DNA of 64,000 bases from a candidate division FCPU426 bacterium. GTDB taxonomy: Bacteria > Oederibacteriota > Muellerivitia > Muellerivitales > Muellerivitaceae. Both the position numbers and the translations under genes were made by a program. This document shows positions 46,446-54,227 of this stretch, in pieces (the first letter of the stretch is position 1; every line of letters begins with the position of its first letter). The notes beneath the pieces were generated by a model. That model had not been told where the DNA came from. It saw nothing but the letters and a program-made list of their open reading frames with translations, and did no database searches. The DNA is taken from the NCBI GenBank assembly GCA_963771075.1, contig CAVYSE010000011.1, forward strand, positions 256,001-320,000, given 5' to 3'.

Positions 46446-47042
46446 ATGAGAATTGAACAAAAACCAACATCCAACGCCAAGAAGCCAAGAAGCCAAGAAA
46501 AGCAAAACAAAGTTGGATTTAAGGGAATCTTTGAAAACTTAACTTTTTCGCCGTTCTTTGCGGCTTTGCGGCTTCGCGTTGGCCGTGGGTATTCGGTTTT
46601 GCTCTTGGCTTTGCTTCTGTCCGCGGCCCCGGTCTCGGCCCATGAGCACCATCCCCCGCACCACGGGACATTGGTGGTTTTGGGGGAGGAATTTTCCCAT
46701 GTGGAGCTTCTTTTGGATTCGTCCACTGGGGAACTGGACGCTTTCGTTCTGGACGGGGAAGCCGAGAATCCGGTGAGAATTTCCCAGTCTTCCCTTCAAA
46801 TCCTCGTAAAAGACAAAGCGAAGGATTGGATCTTGAAGCTGAAACCTATCGCCAATGCCTTAACTGGGGAAACCAAAGGCGACACTTCCCAATTCCAGCT
46901 TGTCTCACCCAAGCTCAAGGGAATGACCCAGTTTCAAGGGGAGATCGTTCGCATCAAAGCTAAGGGTACGGATTTCAAGAATGTCTGGTTCCTGTATCCC
47001 GAGGGTAATGAGGGCGTGAAAAAACCGGATTGGGCCAAGTAG
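46446..47042 (+). CDS. Periplasmic His-motif metal-binding protein; N-terminus contains a translated palindromic repeat
   Basis: TAAGGAG RBS; VSA-HEHHPPHHG, HVEL; repeat at 46471-46582. Confidence 0.7.
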   Translation: MRIEQKPTSNAKKPRSQEKQNKVGFKGIFENLTFSPFFAALRLRVGRGYSVLLLALLLSAAPVSAHEHHPPHHGTLVVLGEEFSHVELLLDSSTGELDAFVLDGEAENPVRISQSSLQILVKDKAKDWILKLKPIANALTGETKGDTSQFQLVSPKLKGMTQFQGEIVRIKAKGTDFKNVWFLYPEGNEGVKKPDWAK

Positions 47043-47207
47043 GGATTAGCCTCTTTGTATTTTCCGCAGAAAGGCCGGGTTCGAAAAATTTGGCGTTTGC
47101 AACGATCTTGGCCTTCCGCGGACTGATTACAAATTGTTTATGAATAACAAATTTTCAGGAATAAGACGGTTCGTCAGGAGGGGTGGGATGGGTTTGAGGC
47201 CATTTTT

Positions 47208-47810
47208 TTGAAAAGAAGAGTATTCATTTTTGGGGGAGCGGTATTTTTCTTCATGATCTCATTTCTGCCTGGCGCGGAGGTCGAGATTGAATACGGAAAA
47301 ACCACGGCCACTCCATGCAGCGTTGTAACCATTGACGATTCTCCATCCGGCTCCGGGTCGATGTATACCCAGGTGGAGGACCACCCCCTGGTGACTTGGG
47401 CAACCTTGGCCCGGTTTCCTTATGACGTTCCAGGCAAGGACGAAGAAAATAATCCTGATTTGAGGAAGAAGGATAAATACCCCATACCGGAAACGGTGAA
47501 AAAATTGAACGGTGTAAGCGTGGCGGTGGTGGGTTTCATGATCCCCGTTGATTTAGACGCGGATGGGGGAAAGGCCGCTTCTTTTATGCTGATCCGAAGC
47601 CAAATGACCTGCTGTTTTGGCATCGCGCCTAGGATGAATGAGTGGGTATTCGTTCAAATGGAGGAAGGCAAAACGGCGGATGCCGTCATGGATGTCCCGG
47701 TAACGGTTTTTGGCGTCCTGTCCGTGGGCGAAAAACACTCAAGCAAATGGAGCCTTTACCGGTTGGTTTCGAACAAAGTCGCTTTTCTCAAACAGTCAAG
47801 TTGGCAGTGA
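47208..47810 (+). CDS. DUF3299-like protein 1
   Basis: VTWATL, LNGVSVAVVGFMIP, TCCFG, P.MNEWV, PVTVFGVL. Confidence 0.75.
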   Translation: MKRRVFIFGGAVFFFMISFLPGAEVEIEYGKTTATPCSVVTIDDSPSGSGSMYTQVEDHPLVTWATLARFPYDVPGKDEENNPDLRKKDKYPIPETVKKLNGVSVAVVGFMIPVDLDADGGKAASFMLIRSQMTCCFGIAPRMNEWVFVQMEEGKTADAVMDVPVTVFGVLSVGEKHSSKWSLYRLVSNKVAFLKQSSWQ

Positions 47811-47841
47811 GCCGCAAAGAACGATGAAGGGGTTTTAAACA

Positions 47842-48468
47842 GTGCAAAGGGAAACAAGTGTGGTTAAAAAATCGCCAAAAGGCCTGGCTGTTCGACTGGC
47901 CGTTCTTTTGGGCCTGGGGGTCGTGATTTCGACAGGGAGCATGCGGGGACAAAACCCTTCCCCCCGCGGATACCCGATCACGTCCATTAATTTGAAATCA
48001 CCCCCGGTCACGGTTTATTCACAGGTCGATCACCATCCTTATGTGACGTGGGATACCTTGGCGCATTTCGCGTATGACGCCCCTGATATTGAGGAAGAGA
48101 TCGACCCGAGCCTGAGGCTAAAGAAAAAGAAGTATCCCGTTCCTGATTTTATTAAACAACTGGATGGGGCGAGTATCGCGGTAGTGGGTTTCATGATCCC
48201 TTTGGATACGGACGATACGGAACAAAAGGCAACCTCCTTCATCCTGGCCCGAACCCAGGCGAGTTGTTGCTACGGCATCACCCCGAAGATGAATGAATGG
48301 ATGTTCGTCTGGATGAAAAAAGGGAAGACGGCGGAAGCCATCATGGATCTTCCGGTGACGGTTTTTGGGACCCTTTCGGTGGGGGAACAAAAGAAAAGGG
48401 ACACGGGCTGGAGCCTTTACCGGATGGTCTCGGACAGGGTCGCCGTTCCCGAACATTCAATTTGGTAG
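47842..48468 (+). CDS. DUF3299-like protein 2
   Basis: VTWDTL, GFMIP, SCCYG, WSLYRM. Confidence 0.75.
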   Translation: MQRETSVVKKSPKGLAVRLAVLLGLGVVISTGSMRGQNPSPRGYPITSINLKSPPVTVYSQVDHHPYVTWDTLAHFAYDAPDIEEEIDPSLRLKKKKYPVPDFIKQLDGASIAVVGFMIPLDTDDTEQKATSFILARTQASCCYGITPKMNEWMFVWMKKGKTAEAIMDLPVTVFGTLSVGEQKKRDTGWSLYRMVSDRVAVPEHSIW

Positions 48469-48520
48469 ATGGATTAAAAAGAAAAATGAAGGTTTTTGCC
48501 CGTGTCAAGGAGGCAAAGCA

Positions 48521-49135
48521 ATGGATAGGAAATGGATGAAGGCGTGGGACTTTCGTATGGCCATTCTCCTGGCCTTCGGAATCATGCTTTCCATGACCAA
48601 GGTCCAGGGGCAATCCCAACCGCCGAGCGATGGGTACCCCTTTCCTATCAAACCTATTGATTTGAAATCACCCCCGGTCACGGTTTATTCCCAGGTCGAT
48701 CACCATCCTTATGTGACGTGGGATACTTTGGCTCATTTCGATTATGACGCACCCGAAATGGAAGAAGAACTCGACCCCCGTCTGAGGTTAAAGAAAAAGA
48801 AATATCCCATTCCGGATTTCGTTAAAAAACTGAACGGTATGAGCATTGCGGTTGTGGGATTCATGATACCCGTGGACACGGATGACGCGGAAATGAGGGC
48901 CACCTCCTTTATCCTCGCCCGCACCACGGCAAGTTGCTGCTTCGGCATTGTCCCCAAGATGAACGAATGGATGTACGTCCAGATGAAAAAGGGAAAGACC
49001 GCCGAGGTCACGATGGACATTCCCATCACGGTTTTCGGGACCCTCTCGGTGGGGGAACAAAAGAAAGAGGAAACGGGCTGGAGCCTTTATCGGATGGTCT
49101 CGAATAAGGTCGTTGTTCCTGAGCCCGATTGGTGA
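48521..49135 (+). CDS. DUF3299-like protein 3
   Basis: AAGGAGG RBS; near-identical DNA to paralog 2; SCCFG. Confidence 0.78.
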   Translation: MDRKWMKAWDFRMAILLAFGIMLSMTKVQGQSQPPSDGYPFPIKPIDLKSPPVTVYSQVDHHPYVTWDTLAHFDYDAPEMEEELDPRLRLKKKKYPIPDFVKKLNGMSIAVVGFMIPVDTDDAEMRATSFILARTTASCCFGIVPKMNEWMYVQMKKGKTAEVTMDIPITVFGTLSVGEQKKEETGWSLYRMVSNKVVVPEPDW

Positions 49136-49142
49136 AGATGCC

Positions 49143-49895
49143 ATGAGAAACACGAGGGCCCTTCGTCCCCCCTGGGTCGGGGCAAAAAAGTTGAAAACCA
49201 AAAATGAGTCGGGGATTCCCCCTAAAGATTGGAAATATTGGCTTATGTTATCCATGACCGCGGTTTGGCTCGGCTTATTAATGTTTGTTCTCATTAAGAC
49301 CAACAACACGCTCAATGTGGGTCGGTATTGGAAGAACATTAGCGCCCTTGATCAAAACCAAAACGGTTTAAGCCGGAAAATGAATCAACCGGTTATAGCC
49401 GCCCTTCCCGGCTCTGGCACTGTGAACCTACCTTTTCCCCAATCCAGCGGGTTTTATCAAGTGGGTTTCAACACACTAGCGGGTTTTCCGTCCGAAATAC
49501 CCAACCTGGTTGCCGAACCAAAAGACCAACCCACCTTGGAGAAAAAATTTCAAGATGAAGTTCCAGGAACCATTCTGGGCCTGGATGGCAAGAAAATTTC
49601 GGTGGCCGGGTTCATGATCCCCATGGACGTGAATGATAAGGGAAAAGTTCTTTCCTTCATCCTCGCCCAAAACCGAATGACCTGTTGCTACGGCGCATTC
49701 CCGAAACTGAACCAGTGGATTTACGTCAAGATGATCGAAGGGAAAACAGTTGATTCCGCCATGGATATACCCCTCACGGTTTTCGGAACGTTGGGCGTGG
49801 GAACGAAATACGACCAGGATAATCAAGGCTGGTGCTTGTACCGCATGACCTGCGTAAAACTGGATTTGCCGAGGAAATCCTGGTTTGGATTTTAA
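49143..49895 (+). CDS. DUF3299-like protein 4, membrane anchored
   Basis: IPPKDWKYW followed by a TM; GFMIP, TCCYG, LYRM. Confidence 0.75.
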   Translation: MRNTRALRPPWVGAKKLKTKNESGIPPKDWKYWLMLSMTAVWLGLLMFVLIKTNNTLNVGRYWKNISALDQNQNGLSRKMNQPVIAALPGSGTVNLPFPQSSGFYQVGFNTLAGFPSEIPNLVAEPKDQPTLEKKFQDEVPGTILGLDGKKISVAGFMIPMDVNDKGKVLSFILAQNRMTCCYGAFPKLNQWIYVKMIEGKTVDSAMDIPLTVFGTLGVGTKYDQDNQGWCLYRMTCVKLDLPRKSWFGF

Positions 49896-50009
49896 AGTCG
49901 CCGCGTTGAAATCCCCGGCTTTAGCCGGGGTTGAAAGGCGTCCCAGCCGAAGGCTGGGCAAGCGAAGCTTGGACTTCGTGGAGCCCCGGGCTTGCCCGGG
50001 GGGGTCTAC
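49895..50009. repeat. IS200/IS605-end or REP-like element with two terminal hairpins
   Basis: 36 bp identical to 21202-21237; the other end reads GTAG-ACCCCCCCGGGCAAGCCCGGGG on the minus strand. Confidence 0.72.
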
Positions 50010-50063
50010 CATTCGGGGTCCGGGTGAAACACAAAATAGTTTTTAAATGGAGGTTTCATAAAC

Positions 50064-50474
50064 ATGGTTCATAAATGGGTCCTTCCACCCTTACCCAATC
50101 TTGACAAGGCGGGCGCTCTTATGTCGTTTACTTGCGCGGTTCATTGTGTGCTTTTCCCTTTATTGATTGTCATCATGCCTTGGTTGGGCGCGTCCTTCCT
50201 TTATGACCGGAAAATCGAGTTCTTTTTCATCGTTGGTTCCGTGTTTTTGGCCACGCTCAGTTACAGCTATGGTTTTCACCTTCACCGAAAAATTTACCTC
50301 ATGCTGATGCTTTACCTCTGTACCGGGATGATCGTGGCTGGAAAGGTTCTCATCGGCGGCGTGCCGGGCTTGTGGGTGGCGGTCCCAGGGGCCCTCGGCT
50401 TGGCGACCGGGCACCTGTTGAACATGCGGCTTTGCCGACATTGCGCGGAGGGGGGACATCCACATCTGGATTGA
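50064..50474 (+). CDS. MerC-domain membrane protein
   Basis: LDKAGALMSFTCAVHC, four TMs, GH..N, C-terminal CRHC..H.H. Confidence 0.82.
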   Translation: MVHKWVLPPLPNLDKAGALMSFTCAVHCVLFPLLIVIMPWLGASFLYDRKIEFFFIVGSVFLATLSYSYGFHLHRKIYLMLMLYLCTGMIVAGKVLIGGVPGLWVAVPGALGLATGHLLNMRLCRHCAEGGHPHLD

Positions 50475-50520
50475 GGATGAATCAAGGGGAAAAGGGCTGG
50501 GGTGGGTTGCCGTCGTTTTC

Positions 50521-51240
50521 TTGGTTTTGGCTTTTGCGGCCCGGGGCGAAAGCCTGGCCGCCCTGAATCCGGCCGCCGGAACAAACGGTTACTCCATCGC
50601 GACGATGGGGGAATATCCCCCAGGGAGTAGTACCCCGAAAATCACCTTAACCTTTTCCAAAGGCGGAAAAAAACTTTGGGCTCACGTCCTGGAACATCCG
50701 GTCGAGAAAATCGCCATCATCGAGAAGAACGGGCGGTCCTTTTTCGGACTTGAGGACGGTGAAATCAGGGGCTATGACAGACATGGCAAAAGGATTTTGA
50801 CTCAATATGGAAAATTTCTGGTTGCTTCCGACGGCGGAAGGTATATCGCCTTTAATCCCCGGGGAATAAAGGGGATACAGGGCCATCCTTTAATTCAGGT
50901 CTTCGGCGTCGATGACGGGGGAAAACATGAGCTTGAACTCGGCGAAGGGTCAATCGAGGAATTGACGGATGATGGCAAGATGATTCTTGTCCGGCAAGGT
51001 CCTGGGTCATCCTCACAAAGCGGGTATTCTCTTTTGAATAACCGCGGAAAATTAATTTGGGAGAGAAAACAGCCGTGCCAATTTATAAAGGTGGAGGGAA
51101 ATGGAAAATGGATTCTTTTTGCCACGGACAACGGAAAAAGGGTGGAATCCTGCGATTTAAAGTCGGGGAAAACAGTTATGGTGATGCCGATACGCAGGTA
51201 CAACGCCCTATACAACCGGCCTCCGCCACGGCATCCCTGA
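50521..51240 (+). CDS. Secreted hypothetical, beta-propeller-like; true start may be ATG 50477 with a 1-nt indel
   Basis: Upstream in-frame GKGLGWVAVVFLVLAFAARG looks like a signal peptide; repeated GKxxW motifs. Confidence 0.55.
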   Translation: MVLAFAARGESLAALNPAAGTNGYSIATMGEYPPGSSTPKITLTFSKGGKKLWAHVLEHPVEKIAIIEKNGRSFFGLEDGEIRGYDRHGKRILTQYGKFLVASDGGRYIAFNPRGIKGIQGHPLIQVFGVDDGGKHELELGEGSIEELTDDGKMILVRQGPGSSSQSGYSLLNNRGKLIWERKQPCQFIKVEGNGKWILFATDNGKRVESCDLKSGKTVMVMPIRRYNALYNRPPPRHP

Positions 51241-51493
51241 TCTTGGTGTTGGTGATATCCTTCATCTCATCCTTCCAGGTACAGGCAGGGCCCGATCAGG
51301 CTACCGGGCCCTCCGCCTTGGGCACTCCGTCCATAAGCCCAACCTCGAATTCCGCACCGAAAGCCGCGAAAAAAAAGAAACCGTTAAAAACCTTCGAGTG
51401 GTATTTCAAGAACGGGTGCAATTGCGCCCAATGCCAGGCGGCCAGGCAAAAACAACAAGAGAATGAAGAGAGGCTCAAAGAGAATTTCACGCC

Positions 51494-52915
51494 TTGAACC
51501 GCTTATTCCCATTACCGAAAACCAATTTCGGGAGGCGAACCGTGAGATTGTTTCCCTTGGGCTTGACTTGCCTGCTCGTTTTATCCGGCGTTACCGGGAG
51601 CCTGGCCCAAACGCCCGTTCCGGCTCAAAATCTCCCCGCTCTGGTAGCCGCCCTGATTTCCCCCGCCTCAAAAGTCAAAAGCGTCGAACAATATCCGTCC
51701 GGCCTGAATGGGGACGGCAAGGCCCAGACCCTCTACGTGGTTCATTTGAGCGATGGAGCAGGCGGGAAAGCCGGTTTGTTCATGGTGGATTCGGATTCCC
51801 GGTTGGTCTGGAGCCGGGTCCACAAACCCGAGCCGGTTATTGTCGGCACCTTCCGCAATGATGTGCCGCCCGTTTTTGGATATCCCTATTACGAGTCCCC
51901 TACGGCGGACTTTACCGCTTATAAACTCCTGATGTGGGATGGGCGGAAGCCCCGAATCGTTTTTGACGGCTCCTCCGGCGCGGCGGGTGAGACCCCCTCA
52001 TTCGTGGACCTGCGCGGGGACGGGACCCGGGAGATGGTCTTTTACAACCGGGGAAGCAAGCATTACGATGCGCCTTCCATCTTCGTCTGGAATGAGGAAA
52101 AACAGCGGTTGGAATATGGTGAACTGCGCTTCCCGAATTTTTGGAAAAAACTCATCAAAAATGAAATGGATAAACTCCAGGATTGGCAATATAGCAAGGC
52201 CCATTCCGAGGATCTCTTTGTTGATTGCGCCTGGCTGGATAGCTATTTGCGGGAAAGCGGCAGGACGGATGGGATCAACGAGTTTTTCCGACTGGCGATT
52301 GAAAAACTGGACCTCTTCGCGGAAAAAACAGGGGATGATGATTTACGCCAAAGGGCGGACGATGAAAAAAACCACCTCCATTTTATCCTGTCCGGGCCGA
52401 TCAGCGGCCTACTCCAGGACTTCTATAACCATTGCTCCCACTGGCCCTCTGGGGTCGCCGAGCTCAAAGCCTATACCGGGAAAAACAAATGGAATTTCGA
52501 CTGGAGCCTCTATCCTCACCTCGCGGTCGGGCCTACCCGATGGAATGTCTGCCGGGTCGCTTTCATCGACAGGTTTGTGATCCCACAGGCAAGGGTGGAC
52601 TTCAACGTTGGCCCGGATATACCCGATATCCCGGTGGAGGGGTATGCCGGATTTGTCCAGGAGACTCGGGAAAACCTGCTCCGGGATTTGACGGATTTGA
52701 TCCAGCAATTTCGGGTCAAAAAGGGCCGGTGGCCCCGAGACCGGAAGGAACTCCAACTTTATGGGAAGGACAGCTTTCAAGAGTGGGACGATTGCCCCGA
52801 TTTAACTTTCACAGCGGCGAAGGGTGGGGTTCTCAGGGTTCGGTTCACTTTTTCACCGGAGGACATGCCGGTCGAACCCGTTAAATTCGAGTTGAAAATT
52901 GTCCCGTTCCATTAG
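51494..52915 (+). CDS. Secreted hypothetical protein
   Basis: 473-aa ORF with signal peptide and DLRGDGTRE (FG-GAP-like) motif. Confidence 0.6.
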   Translation: MNRLFPLPKTNFGRRTVRLFPLGLTCLLVLSGVTGSLAQTPVPAQNLPALVAALISPASKVKSVEQYPSGLNGDGKAQTLYVVHLSDGAGGKAGLFMVDSDSRLVWSRVHKPEPVIVGTFRNDVPPVFGYPYYESPTADFTAYKLLMWDGRKPRIVFDGSSGAAGETPSFVDLRGDGTREMVFYNRGSKHYDAPSIFVWNEEKQRLEYGELRFPNFWKKLIKNEMDKLQDWQYSKAHSEDLFVDCAWLDSYLRESGRTDGINEFFRLAIEKLDLFAEKTGDDDLRQRADDEKNHLHFILSGPISGLLQDFYNHCSHWPSGVAELKAYTGKNKWNFDWSLYPHLAVGPTRWNVCRVAFIDRFVIPQARVDFNVGPDIPDIPVEGYAGFVQETRENLLRDLTDLIQQFRVKKGRWPRDRKELQLYGKDSFQEWDDCPDLTFTAAKGGVLRVRFTFSPEDMPVEPVKFELKIVPFH

Positions 52916-52927
52916 GAACTGATGATA

Positions 52928-53430
52928 GTGGAAATCAACCTCTGCCCTCATTGATCTTTTCGGTAAGGGACAAGATGCGATTCGTTTTGCGGGGTGAAAT
53001 AAAGCAATTCAAGTCCGAGCTACTGGTTGGTTTTCACGGTGGATGGCTGCGGTTTCAATGGCTGGGGACAAAAAAACGCCAGAGCCGGATGGGGTTTCGG
53101 ACTCTGGCGAGGAAAACTTAGCGGATGGAGACTCTTAAAGGGCCTGTTTGCGTTGTGTGCCCTGGGCGAGCATGCCGATGATGAATCAAGCATCGCTGGC
53201 CAACATGGCCACGCAATAGATCGAAGCGACCCAGGCGAAAAATGTGTGTTGTTCCCATAAAGCGTTCCAGGCTTGCGTGATGGAGAAACTGGAATCTTGC
53301 GGGAGGCCCATTAACCCGGCGGCAACCATTTCGATTCCAGCCGCGGTCAAAAGGCCCATTACCGTTAACATCTGTGATTTTTTCATGACGTCCTCCCCCT
53401 ATTTACGAATTCCTTTTTGTATTTATGAAA
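52928..53430. repeat. About 500-bp segmental duplication, partner of 59615-60115
   Basis: Both copies start GT(G/A)GAAATCAA(C/T)CTCTGCCCTCATTGATCTTT, contain the CGCCAGAG..CTCTGGCG hairpin and carry the MKKSQMLTVMG gene. Confidence 0.9.
53135..53386 (-). pseudogene. 2-TM small membrane protein with an in-frame TGA at a Trp codon
   Basis: 252 nt like the paralog 59823-60074; ASDA*FIIGMLAQGTQRKQAL versus ACDAWFIIGMIAQGTQRKQTL. Confidence 0.7.
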
Positions 53431-53632
53431 GGCCTTCGGCCTTTAGGCGGGCGCTATATGTCGAGCCTTATCTAACGGGAGGATGAATACATTATGAAGT
53501 TATTAGGAAAAAAATTAATGTCGTCGTCAACTAACTAAGCGATATTATTGGTTTTGTACCTATCAGCCGCTTGGTAATGTTGACATCTTTTCTCCGCTCC
53601 ACCCATAATCAACCTCGAAAGGGGAACTTCTC

Positions 53633-53923
53633 ATGCGCTTTATTCGCGGATACATTTTCCCGATATCCGCCTACCTCGTCCTCACTCTATCGTCGATTTA
53701 CATCCTCGAGGCCAGTCATCACCACGAGGGGATGGAAGACAACGACGGCTGTTCGGTTTGCGCCTTTCAACAGAATGTTTCCCATGTGCCGTCCCTGCCG
53801 GCCGCTCCCGTTTTGGCCCCTCTTTACCGGATCCACTCACTTTGGTTTTTCCATCCAATCTTTGTTTCCGTTGTTTTCGTCTCACCTTCCGGCCGTTCCC
53901 CGCCGCTCTTTCCCCAAGCCTAA
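53633..53923 (+). CDS. DUF2946-like leader protein (TM, HHH, CxxC, C-terminal RSPP)
   Basis: SHHHE, CSVC, GRSPP; upstream of the TonB-dependent receptor. Confidence 0.75.
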   Translation: MRFIRGYIFPISAYLVLTLSSIYILEASHHHEGMEDNDGCSVCAFQQNVSHVPSLPAAPVLAPLYRIHSLWFFHPIFVSVVFVSPSGRSPPLFPQA

Positions 53924-54030
53924 TATCCTCGGTCCTTGATTTTTAGGGACTGACCTATTTCGAGGGGTGGATTCCGCCCAAATGGGCCCTATCCCCCCCG
54001 GTTATTAGATCAATGGTTTTGGGGAGAACC

Positions 54031-54204
54031 ATGAGAACAAGAAGACAAATTCAAACTAGCTCTTGGCCCAATCGCAGATTCAGGAACATGAAAAGGGCCT
54101 ACCAATCCATCATTCCGCCCCGTAATTGGAAATATTGGGTCACGGCCTGCCTGTTCGGGATGGTGACGGCCTTTTTAACCTATGTCCTGATCGAGGTTTC
54201 ATAA
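54031..54204 (+). CDS. 57-aa membrane protein with IPPRNWKYW motif
   Basis: GGGGAG RBS; resembles the N-terminus of 49143-49895. Confidence 0.6.
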   Translation: MRTRRQIQTSSWPNRRFRNMKRAYQSIIPPRNWKYWVTACLFGMVTAFLTYVLIEVS

Positions 54205-54227
54205 ATTGAAAAAACGGAGAACTAAAC

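Noticed and set aside
51057..51497. Small secreted CxCxxC protein
   Set aside because: Only 51243-51497 is non-overlapping and no clear start or RBS is visible; plausible but unsupported
53186..53188. Alternative genetic code or selenocysteine at the in-frame TGA
   Set aside because: Many genes here end in TGA at the expected position, and the aligned residue is Trp, not Cys
53431..53464. IS605 right-end remnant (GCCTTTAGGCGGG...ATGTC)
   Set aside because: Short, imperfect resemblance only, with no matching end or tnpB fragment
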